A stretch of 64,000 bases of DNA from Candidatus Micrarchaeota archaeon (GTDB taxonomy: Archaea > Micrarchaeota > Micrarchaeia > Anstonellales > Anstonellaceae). Made by a program: the position numbers and the translations under genes. Of the stretch, positions 56,040 to 64,000 are shown piece by piece; the first letter of the stretch is position 1, and each line of letters starts with the position of its first letter. The stretch lies in NCBI GenBank assembly GCA_026414185.1, contig JAOAJL010000001.1:545-64544 (forward strand), read 5' to 3'. The notes beneath the pieces are model-generated. The model did not search any database. It was given only the letters and a program-made list of their open reading frames with translations, and was not told where the DNA came from.

Positions 56040-57050
56040 TCAGAACATTATAAGCGCCATGTCTATCATGCGGTTTGAAAAGCCCCACTCGTTGTCATAC
56101 CATGAGAGCACTTTGCACGTTCGCCCGATTGCGATTGTGGAGAGGGCGTCAAAGATTGAGGATGCTGGATTGTGCACGATGTCTTGGCTGACAAGCGGCT
56201 CTTCGCTGTATTCAAGCACCCCTTTCATCTTGCCCTCTGCCGCCTTCTTCATAGCGGCGTTGATTTCCTCCTTTTTTGCCTCTTTTGAAAGGAGGCACGT
56301 CAGGTCGTTTATTGAGCCGACTGGGATTGGCACGCGCAAGGCAAGCCCGTCCATCTTCCCCTTCAGCTTCGGTATGACCTCGCCTATTGCCTTTGCCGCG
56401 CCCGTGGAGGTCGGAATTATGTTGATTGCGCCTGCGCGCGCCCGGCGGAAGTCCTTGTGGAAGGCGTCAAGTATGAGCTGGTCGTTTGTGTAGGCGTGGC
56501 AGGTGGTCATGAAGCCCGATTCTATCCCGAAATTGTCGTCCAGGACCTTGGCGACCGGCGCAAGGCAGTTTGTAGTGCAGGAACCTATTGAAACTATGTT
56601 GTGCTTTTTCTTGTCGTATTTTTCTTCGTTAACGCCGATTACTATCGTGGCGTCCGCCTCTCCGCCTTTGCAGGGGGCAGAGATGAGCACTTTCTTTGCG
56701 CCCGCCTGGATGTGCTTTGAAGCCCCCGCCCTGTCGGTGAAGGCGCCTGTGCATTCCATCACCAAATCAACACCGAGCTTTGCCCAGGGAAGGGTTGATG
56801 GGTCCCTGCTTGAAGTGAGGGCTATCTCATAGCCGTCAATGATGAATTTGCCTTCCTTGGCGACAGCGGTGCCAGCGTATTTCCCCTGCGTTGAGTCGTG
56901 CCTGAAAAGGTGCATGGCGAGCGCTGGCTCGTGGGTGTCGTTTATGGCGACTATCTCAAATTTCTTGCCTACAAGCCGCCGTTCAAAAGCCGCTCGCGTG
57001 ACGAGCTTGCCTATTCTCCCAAATCCGTTAATTGCAATCCGAATTGCCAT
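56040..57050 (-). CDS. gap: Class I (bacterial/eukaryal-type) glyceraldehyde-3-phosphate dehydrogenase
   Basis: INGFGRIG, ECTG.F, SCTTNCLAP, STGAAKA, WYDNEWG. Confidence 0.97.
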   Translation of the reverse strand: MAIRIAINGFGRIGKLVTRAAFERRLVGKKFEIVAINDTHEPALAMHLFRHDSTQGKYAGTAVAKEGKFIIDGYEIALTSSRDPSTLPWAKLGVDLVMECTGAFTDRAGASKHIQAGAKKVLISAPCKGGEADATIVIGVNEEKYDKKKHNIVSIGSCTTNCLAPVAKVLDDNFGIESGFMTTCHAYTNDQLILDAFHKDFRRARAGAINIIPTSTGAAKAIGEVIPKLKGKMDGLALRVPIPVGSINDLTCLLSKEAKKEEINAAMKKAAEGKMKGVLEYSEEPLVSQDIVHNPASSIFDALSTIAIGRTCKVLSWYDNEWGFSNRMIDMALIMF

Positions 57051-57135
57051 CTGAGCACCCCCTAAGCCCTTCTTGCCGCAATATCGGACGCAATTTATTA
57101 ATTAGCTTGCCTGTTGGAACTACTTTGCTGGTTTG

Positions 57136-59571
57136 ATGGAAAGGTTGCAGGCAAAAAGGAAAAAGGCAGTCCTCATTGACGTTGATTACATTGTGAGAGA
57201 GGGCAGGGCGCTTGTCCGGCTTTTGATGAAGGGGAAGCGCTTTTTCCGGCTCTACGACGCCTACGAGCCGTATTTTTACTGCGATGCGCCGGAAAGCGCT
57301 GAGAAGGAAATAATGGGTCTGAAGGTTGCGGGGAAGGACAGGCAGATTTCCCCGACGCGCTGCGAGCGCGTCCTGATGAATGTCTTGGGGCAGGAAAAAA
57401 GGATATGGAAGGTCTACTGCCAGCTTCCTTCCGACGTGCCGCACTTAAGCTCCGCCATGCATTATCCGTGCTACGAGCACAACATCCCATTCGGGAAGCG
57501 CTACATGATAGACAAGGAACTTGCCCCCTTCATGCAGCTTACTTATGAGAGGGAGGGCAGGTTCATCAAGCGCATCCTGCGCAAGAGGGAGGCGGCAGTT
57601 TCGCTCAAGACCATGGCTTTTGACATTGAAACATACAACCCGGTGGGCATGCCGCGGCCCGACAAGGACGAGATTATTTTGATTTCGTACAAGGTTGGGA
57701 GCCAGCAGGCAAAGGTGCTTTCAAGCAGGAAGATAGCGCGGGATTTTGTAGTAGCCTGCAAAGACGAGCGCCAGATGATAGAGAAGTTCTTGGAGGCAGT
57801 AAGGGAAAACGATGTTGAAGTTCTGTTTGGCTACAACGACACTGTTTTTGACTTGCCCTATCTTAAGGCAAGGGCGGATTCAAACGGGCTGGTTTTTGCG
57901 ATAGGGCGGGATGGGAAGCCCTTCAGGATAAGAAAGCATGGTATACGGGATGTGGCAGAGATAGCAGGCAGAATTCATATTGACCTTTATCCCGTCGTGC
58001 GCTTTATGGGGCTTATCGGCGCATTCAAAATCAGCAAATACTCCCTTGAAAATGCCTATGAGGAGCTGACCGGCAAAAGGAAGCTGATGGTCGGCAAGCT
58101 GGACATCTGGAGGATGTGGGATGGGGATGCCAAGATGATGGCGGAGCTTGCGGACTATTCGCGGTTTGATGCTGTGGCGACGATGGAGATTGGGGAAATG
58201 CTGCTTCCGATGCAGATAGAGATGAGCAGGGTGGCGCGCCTGCCCCTTTTTGACACTGCGAATGCAACGGCGGGACAGCTTGTTGAGTCCATCCTCATGC
58301 ACAAAAGCAGGCAGGAAGGCAGGATAATTCCGAATAAGCCCGACGACACGCTTGCCTCCCAGCGCGAGCTGGGACCGATAAAGGGCGCGTTCGTGAAAAT
58401 TCCGCAGCCGGGGATTTATGAGAATTTAGTGGTCTTTGACTTTCGCGGTCTGTATCCGTCAATAATTACCTCGCACAACATAGACCCCTACACGATTGAC
58501 CCCCCGCCAAGCGTGCCGGACTCGGACTGCTACCTCTGCCCCAACGGGCACAGGTTCAGGAAAAAGCCGCGCGGGCTTATCCCTTCTGTTCTTGAGGAGA
58601 TAATAAAAATGCGCGCGGAGATGAAGGCCCGGCTTAAAACGCTGGAAAAGGACTCGCCCGAGTATGAGATGGTCTTTGCCAGGCAGCAGTCGCTCAAGAT
58701 ACTTGCAAACTCCTACTACGGCTATCTTGCCTACCCCCGCTCGCGCTGGTATTCGCGGGAATGCGGCGAGTCCGTGACTGCGTGGGGCAGGTATTTCATA
58801 CAGGACACGATAGATAAGGCGGAAAAGGCAGGCTTCACTGTTCTTTACGGCGATACTGACTCCATATTCCTCCTTTTGCGCGGAAGGGATGGGGGGCTCA
58901 AAACAAAGCAGGACGCCTTGGAATTCATGCGCAGGATAAACCAGGAGCTTCCAGGGGACATGGAACTTGAACTTGAAGGCTTCTACCCCCGCGGCGTGTT
59001 TGTCACCAAGAAGGTCGGTGCTGCCGGCTCGGAAGAGACCGGCGCAAAGAAAAAGTATGCGCTTATCGGAGAGGACGGAAGGATAAAGATACGGGGATTT
59101 GAGCTCGTGCGCCGTGACTGGTCAAATATAGCAAAGCAGGCGCAGCGGAAGGTGCTTGAAGCCATACTCAAGGACGGAAGCAAGGAAAAGGCGGTAAGGG
59201 TGGTAAAGGAGATAATAAGCCTGCTTAAAGAGGGGAAGGCGCCGCTTGAAGACCTAATCATATACACCCAGATTCGCAAGGACCCGAAAAAATACGACGT
59301 GACTTCGCCTGAGCTTTCTGCCGCAAAGAAAGCGATTGCGGCGGGTATGCGCATTGAGCGCGGAAGCATGATAGGCTACGTCATAACGAAAAGCGGGGGC
59401 AGCATCTCGGAGAAGGCGCAGCTTGCTGAGCTGGCAAGAGACTACGATGCGCAATACTACATAGAAAAGCAGGTCCTTCCAGCCGTCTTGAAGATACTAA
59501 AGGAGCTTGGCTATTCGGAAAACGACCTGAAGTTCAAAGGAGAGCAGAAGGGGCTTGACTCTTTCTTTTGA
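57136..59571 (+). CDS. polB: Family B DNA polymerase (PolB3-like) with intact exonuclease and polymerase motifs
   Basis: FDIET, YN...FD, DFRGLYPSII, KILANSYYGY, YGDTDS, KKKY. Confidence 0.97.
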   Translation: MERLQAKRKKAVLIDVDYIVREGRALVRLLMKGKRFFRLYDAYEPYFYCDAPESAEKEIMGLKVAGKDRQISPTRCERVLMNVLGQEKRIWKVYCQLPSDVPHLSSAMHYPCYEHNIPFGKRYMIDKELAPFMQLTYEREGRFIKRILRKREAAVSLKTMAFDIETYNPVGMPRPDKDEIILISYKVGSQQAKVLSSRKIARDFVVACKDERQMIEKFLEAVRENDVEVLFGYNDTVFDLPYLKARADSNGLVFAIGRDGKPFRIRKHGIRDVAEIAGRIHIDLYPVVRFMGLIGAFKISKYSLENAYEELTGKRKLMVGKLDIWRMWDGDAKMMAELADYSRFDAVATMEIGEMLLPMQIEMSRVARLPLFDTANATAGQLVESILMHKSRQEGRIIPNKPDDTLASQRELGPIKGAFVKIPQPGIYENLVVFDFRGLYPSIITSHNIDPYTIDPPPSVPDSDCYLCPNGHRFRKKPRGLIPSVLEEIIKMRAEMKARLKTLEKDSPEYEMVFARQQSLKILANSYYGYLAYPRSRWYSRECGESVTAWGRYFIQDTIDKAEKAGFTVLYGDTDSIFLLLRGRDGGLKTKQDALEFMRRINQELPGDMELELEGFYPRGVFVTKKVGAAGSEETGAKKKYALIGEDGRIKIRGFELVRRDWSNIAKQAQRKVLEAILKDGSKEKAVRVVKEIISLLKEGKAPLEDLIIYTQIRKDPKKYDVTSPELSAAKKAIAAGMRIERGSMIGYVITKSGGSISEKAQLAELARDYDAQYYIEKQVLPAVLKILKELGYSENDLKFKGEQKGLDSFF

Positions 59572-59576
59572 CTCTC

Positions 59577-60470
59577 CTAAAAGCTGCCAAGCATCAAGAC
59601 CACAAGGTCGCCAAAGAGGGCTGTGAAGATTAGCCCGAAAAGAAGATAGGGCAGGAAAAAGGGCATGCCTGTGTAGACGGGGACTGCCTTGAGCCGCGAC
59701 TTTCTCAGCTTCTTTATGGAGCTTTGGCTGAGAACTGGCGAAAGAGACAGCTTCCGCACGATGCCAGGCTTCATCCTGTCCAGCGCAAGGACGTCCTCCT
59801 CCTGAAGCTTTCCGACCGGAACAGTCTCAATCATGCTTTCCTTTATCTCTTCTTTGAAAAATGAGAAGAAAAGCAGGGCAAAGAACAGAAACGCAAGAAC
59901 AAGAAGATAAGAGTAGGGCAGGGCGATAGGAAGCCTCGCCAGCGCGTATATGAAAACCGAAAATGCGGCTAAAAGAACGGCAGGGGTGGCAAGCCGGCTC
60001 CAGCAAAAACGCACTTCCCCGCGGGAAATCTTCTTTGAGATGAAGGGCACAAAGCGCAGCAGCATGTGCGCTATGAAGATGATGCCCGTTGCCAAAAGAA
60101 CAGAAAGGATGAAGGGATAGGGAACCTGCTGAGGCGGGGCAAGTGCGGGCTTTTGGAGGACAGGGACTGCCATGGCAAGCGAGGAGATTATGTAGACGTC
60201 GGCGCCGCCAAGCTGCCCGCTTTTGTAGAGCAAGTAGGTTGCCGCGAAGATTAAAGCGCCCCAGCCAACGGCGAAAATGAAGGCTTCCTGCGAGAAAAAA
60301 ACGATGTTGAGCAGGACCGCGGCTACAAGAGAGCCGTAGGCAACGGCGTTTGGCACCCATTTCCTGTTGAAGACATCGTAATAGGCGGCGGCCGCTGTGA
60401 ATGCGACTGCCACCAAAAGCCGCCATTCAAGCCCGGCTATCTCTTGCGGTGGGGAAAGGAAATCCATCAT
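59577..60470 (-). CDS. A24 prepilin/preflagellin peptidase (PibD/FlaK-like)
   Basis: YYDV first Asp, GGADV second Asp, PFFLPYL C-terminus. Confidence 0.9.
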   Translation of the reverse strand: MMDFLSPPQEIAGLEWRLLVAVAFTAAAAYYDVFNRKWVPNAVAYGSLVAAVLLNIVFFSQEAFIFAVGWGALIFAATYLLYKSGQLGGADVYIISSLAMAVPVLQKPALAPPQQVPYPFILSVLLATGIIFIAHMLLRFVPFISKKISRGEVRFCWSRLATPAVLLAAFSVFIYALARLPIALPYSYLLVLAFLFFALLFFSFFKEEIKESMIETVPVGKLQEEDVLALDRMKPGIVRKLSLSPVLSQSSIKKLRKSRLKAVPVYTGMPFFLPYLLFGLIFTALFGDLVVLMLGSF

Positions 60471-60494
60471 GCGAAAAGAGCGTGCGCAAAATAT

Positions 60495-61634
60495 TTAATG
60501 GGTCTGAAAAAGCGTTTCAAGAAACGCATCGTGTATGGCAATGACGTCAAGCTCGTCGCAGGATGCGCGGCAGCCAAGGACGGAGGAGAGGCTTGGTGTG
60601 GTGCGCCCACCATCGCCGCTTACCATCTCCTTTATGTATGTGCCTGCCTCTGCCCGAAGCAAGATGCGGAGCCTGCCGTCTTCGGTGGGGCTTGCTTTCA
60701 GCCAGATTATCCTGCGCCTGCGAACCAGGTCGCTTCTGCGCGAAAGCACACGCAGGGGAGTGCGCTGGGAGAGGGCGGCGCCTGAGAGGCTTTCCGCTTT
60801 TTTCGCATCCTCCCTGCCAAGAGGGCGGCTTGCCGAAACGAGCGCGGAGTATTCCTTCTCAAAGTGGGAGTTGCAGACCGCATCCACAAAGTGCTTTTGA
60901 ACCAGCCGCAAGCCGACCGCGCGCACGTGCGGGTTTGAGGCAAGCTTCTGCTCAATGGCAGAAAGGTCGCAATTGCGCTTTTTGGGGCCGGAAAGCTGCA
61001 TTACGAAGGGCCTGCCTGTCCCGAGGCACCTAACATCCACATCCTCCCTGCCAGAAGCATGCAGCCGGAAGCCGCCTGCCTCAAACCCCGCCGCAAGCGC
61101 ACTCCCAAGTTCGTCTTCCACAGAAGGATAGTTCCTGCCGCTGCCTTTGCATTCCGGGCAGCCGCCCCCGCCGCACGCAGAGCAGTGCCATCGGCTTTGG
61201 CAGTGGCTTCTTGAAAGCTTGATGTACCTGCCGAAAACAAAGACTGGCTGGGGGGAAACGCTTGCGGTTGATTTGCCGAAGTCAAAATGAAAAACCGCTT
61301 CGGGAAAGCGCTGGGATGGCTTTGCGGAAGTTGCCGAGGAGATTTTTTCTGCAAGGCAGGCATTTGCGGAATTTTTGATGGAGATGAAGCTGCCTGGCTT
61401 GAAAAAATCTGCAACCTCCTCCTCCCGCAGAAACACGGATTTCGGAAATGAGGATGAAACTGAGAAGCTTCTCCATTCAAACAGCCAAGATTGCTCCAGC
61501 GCTGAGCGGACAAGCCTGTCCTGCTGGGCAAGCAGACCGGAGCAGATGTGGCAGCCTTCCCTTGCCTGCTGCAGATGCGCCGCCCCTCCCCGAAATCTTG
61601 AAAGGCAGTGGCGGCAGAGGCTAAAAGTTGCCAT
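60495..61634 (-). CDS. pus10: tRNA pseudouridine(54/55) synthase Pus10
   Basis: LCRHC, GRYIK, HASGREDVDVR.LG.GRPF, QRTP.RV..RR, GTYIKE. Confidence 0.95.
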   Translation of the reverse strand: MATFSLCRHCLSRFRGGAAHLQQAREGCHICSGLLAQQDRLVRSALEQSWLFEWRSFSVSSSFPKSVFLREEEVADFFKPGSFISIKNSANACLAEKISSATSAKPSQRFPEAVFHFDFGKSTASVSPQPVFVFGRYIKLSRSHCQSRWHCSACGGGGCPECKGSGRNYPSVEDELGSALAAGFEAGGFRLHASGREDVDVRCLGTGRPFVMQLSGPKKRNCDLSAIEQKLASNPHVRAVGLRLVQKHFVDAVCNSHFEKEYSALVSASRPLGREDAKKAESLSGAALSQRTPLRVLSRRSDLVRRRRIIWLKASPTEDGRLRILLRAEAGTYIKEMVSGDGGRTTPSLSSVLGCRASCDELDVIAIHDAFLETLFQTH

Positions 61635-61816
61635 CGCCCAACCTCGTTTGCGGCTTTTGAAGATGGCGGAAAGAGTATAAATATTGTTGGCATTAAAATG
61701 GCATGCGCACGGCGCATTTTGGGGTGGTGTAACAAAACAATTATAAATAAGATGTTTTAAAGAAATAATGGTAAATTGTGGTATTTGGAAAAGCCGTTGC
61801 GCATGAAGGTGGAACT

Positions 61817-62554
61817 ATGCCCCGTGGAAAGAGAATTGTCATTGAAAAAGTCATAAAGGACCCCGTCATTTCGCGGCTTAAGGCGATGAAGATAGCTGAC
61901 TTGAAAAACAAAAGGGGCATGGCGGAAAAGGAGCTTCATGAAAGCATAAGCGAGATAGTCAACCGCGCCAAGGAGCTTTATGCCCAGGACAAGCTTGAGA
62001 AGGAAAAGCTCCGAAACCTTGGGCTGCTGACTGTTGAAGAGGCATATGAGGAACTGCGCAAGGGAGGGGTGAATCTCTCATTCCGCGCCTTCGGGGGGCG
62101 CGTTGAGAGAAGGTCAATACATTCGGAAAAAATCGGAAACAAGCGGCTTATTCCAAAGCCAGTCATACAGGACTGGATTGCGCTTGCAAACGAATACTAC
62201 ACCGTCAAGCAGGCTTACAATGAACTGAAGAAGTATGAGAAGATAAACCTTCGGGCTTTTATAGGCAGGATTGAGAAAAACTCTGTTCCTTCCCTGAAGA
62301 TAGGCACGGCGCGCTGGGTGCCGAAAAGCGCGATTGAAGCGATGATACACGTCTGCAAAAACTACTATGATGTTGGCGAGGCAGTGCAGTATATGGTTGC
62401 GAAGGGAGTAAAGATAAAGAGAAACGCCTTTGAGCGCCGCCTTGACCGCAACAGGATACCCCATGAGAAGATAGGCGGCAGGCGCGTCATTGCAAAGGAA
62501 GTCATTGAGGAGCTCATCAGCAAGGAGCTTGCCTTGGCAAAGCCGAAGGTTTAG
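61817..62554 (+). CDS. Protein with three tandem excisionase/HTH_17-like winged HTH domains
   Basis: Three repeats of the pattern [LY][TD]V.[EQ]A...AF..R......KIG..R...K..I. Confidence 0.8.
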   Translation: MPRGKRIVIEKVIKDPVISRLKAMKIADLKNKRGMAEKELHESISEIVNRAKELYAQDKLEKEKLRNLGLLTVEEAYEELRKGGVNLSFRAFGGRVERRSIHSEKIGNKRLIPKPVIQDWIALANEYYTVKQAYNELKKYEKINLRAFIGRIEKNSVPSLKIGTARWVPKSAIEAMIHVCKNYYDVGEAVQYMVAKGVKIKRNAFERRLDRNRIPHEKIGGRRVIAKEVIEELISKELALAKPKV

Positions 62555-63876
62555 CCGCCGAGTTTTCCAAGGTCAATGTTTGCGCCCTTGAGCAGCTTTT
62601 CCATCCTTTTCCTAAAACCGCGGTTTTTCTTGAATGAGTCAAGCATGGCTGAAACTTTTTCAAATTGCGTAAGAAGCTCCCTTACTTCTGCCTCGGTTGT
62701 CCCGCTTCCTTTCGCTATCCTCTCAATCCGCGAGCGTTGCTTGCGCAGAAGCGACGCGTCCTCCCGCTCCTGCGGCGTCATTGAATTTATTATCGTTTCG
62801 TATTTTTTGAGCTTCTGCTCGCTTGTCTGCACAACCTCATCGGGAAGGTCTGCGGCGCCAAGCATTGAAAAGACGCTTGAGAGGGGACCAAGCTTTCTTG
62901 CCGCTTTCAGCTGCTCATAGAAGGTGCGGAGAGTGAGCTTTTCCTCAATCTTTTCAGGAAGCTTCTCTTCCTCAGAAATCTTCTTTACCTTCTCCATTAG
63001 GGTTCCTATGTCGGGGAAGCCAAGGAGCCTGCCGGTGAATTTCTGGGCGTCAAAGGGCTCCAGCGCATCCATCTTCTCGCCCGTGCCTATGAAAGCAACT
63101 TTCGCTTTGGAGGCGGCAACCGCGGAAAGCGCGCCGCCGCCTTTTCCGCTTCCATCCATCTTGGTTATTATGACGCCTGAAAGCCCGACTGCCTCGTGAA
63201 ATTGCGATGCCTGCCTGCCGGCTATCTGCCCGATGTCCGCTGAAATGACAAGAAAGCGCTCGTCCGGCTTTGAAAGCTCGTTTATCAGCTTAAGCTGGCT
63301 GGTCAGCTGCTCGTCAAAAGCGCTCCTGCCTGCGGAATCCACTATGATAATGTCCTCCTTGCACCGCGCAAGCGCATCTGCGATTATTTTGCGGACGTCC
63401 TTCTCGCCCTCTATGCCGTAAAATGCGGCGCCGGATTGCCTGGCGACCTGGCGGAGCTGCTCAAATGCCGCTGGCCTCTCAACGTCGCAGGAAACGAGAG
63501 CCACGGACAGCCCCCTGCTTTTGTAGAAGTGGGCAAGCTTCCCTGCTGTAGTGGTCTTGCCGGAACCATAGAGCCCCAAAAGAAGGACTTTGTGCGGGGA
63601 GAGCTTCGGCTCGTATTTTTCTCCCATCAGCAAGGCTATCTCCTCGTAGACGACTCGGACAACGTGCTCGCGCAGGGAGAGCCCTCTTGGCAGCTTGGAA
63701 TCAAGAGCCCTCGCCTCTATCCTTTTTGTGAGCTCAAAGACAAGCTTGACATTCACATCAGAAGTGATGAATATGCGTTGGAGGTCCCGGCACAGGGCTT
63801 TCACTGCCTTTTCGTCTGCAACCGGGGCGCCTGTGAATTTCGCCAGTGCCTGCCTGAGGCTTCTTCCGAGGTCCAT
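62551..63876 (-). CDS. srp54: Signal recognition particle protein Srp54
   Basis: GLYGSGKTTT, DSAGR, TKMDGSGKGGG, INSMT..ER, RIAKGSG. Confidence 0.97.
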   Translation of the reverse strand: MDLGRSLRQALAKFTGAPVADEKAVKALCRDLQRIFITSDVNVKLVFELTKRIEARALDSKLPRGLSLREHVVRVVYEEIALLMGEKYEPKLSPHKVLLLGLYGSGKTTTAGKLAHFYKSRGLSVALVSCDVERPAAFEQLRQVARQSGAAFYGIEGEKDVRKIIADALARCKEDIIIVDSAGRSAFDEQLTSQLKLINELSKPDERFLVISADIGQIAGRQASQFHEAVGLSGVIITKMDGSGKGGGALSAVAASKAKVAFIGTGEKMDALEPFDAQKFTGRLLGFPDIGTLMEKVKKISEEEKLPEKIEEKLTLRTFYEQLKAARKLGPLSSVFSMLGAADLPDEVVQTSEQKLKKYETIINSMTPQEREDASLLRKQRSRIERIAKGSGTTEAEVRELLTQFEKVSAMLDSFKKNRGFRKRMEKLLKGANIDLGKLGG

Positions 63877-64000
63877 AAAACCGCAAAGAAAGGGGGCACG
63901 CCATATTAAAACCTCTCGCATGGCACTTCCCATGCGCCCGCAACGACGGAGCACCGACGAAGATATATTTATAAATTGTGCCGACGAAGGAAACGGCGGT

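Noticed and set aside
57136..59571. Intein in, or inactivation of, PolB
   Set aside because: Normal length and all catalytic motifs are intact.

Overview
Gene-dense archaeal chromosomal segment. It is most likely DPANN, Ca. Micrarchaeota-like; this is inferred from gene style and content, not from a marker alignment. It carries informational genes (rpl7ae-rps28e-rpl24e-ndk, rpoE'-spt4-rps26e, pheS, rnz, pus10, trmJ, hemK, srp54, polB, orc1/cdc6, RPA, sepF and an intron-containing tRNA-Leu(CAA)). It also carries nucleotide and lipid metabolism genes (guaAA/AB, pyrBI, tmk, GGGP synthase, two GGR-family reductases, class I GAPDH), a full sufCBDSU operon flanked by DNA-repair genes, and many surface genes (Cys-rich Ig-repeat proteins, six class III signal-peptide pilin-like genes, a prepilin peptidase and a 1333-aa membrane-anchored protein). 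I saw no CRISPR array, rRNA, integrase or transposase. Most interesting observations: (i) a VirB2-like pilin and a CedA/VirB6-like membrane protein, hinting at a dispersed Ced/Ted-like DNA-transfer system; (ii) a Cys-bearing HTH regulator heading the SUF operon, with a perfect 14-bp palindrome just after the TATA box; (iii) a protein made of three tandem excisionase-like HTH domains with no integrase nearby; (iv) tandem pilins and adhesin modules sharing near-identical DNA cassettes; (v) a metallo-beta-lactamase pseudo-enzyme; (vi) a 22-aa ORF wedged between pyrB and pyrI. All calls come from motif recognition by eye, with no database searches.
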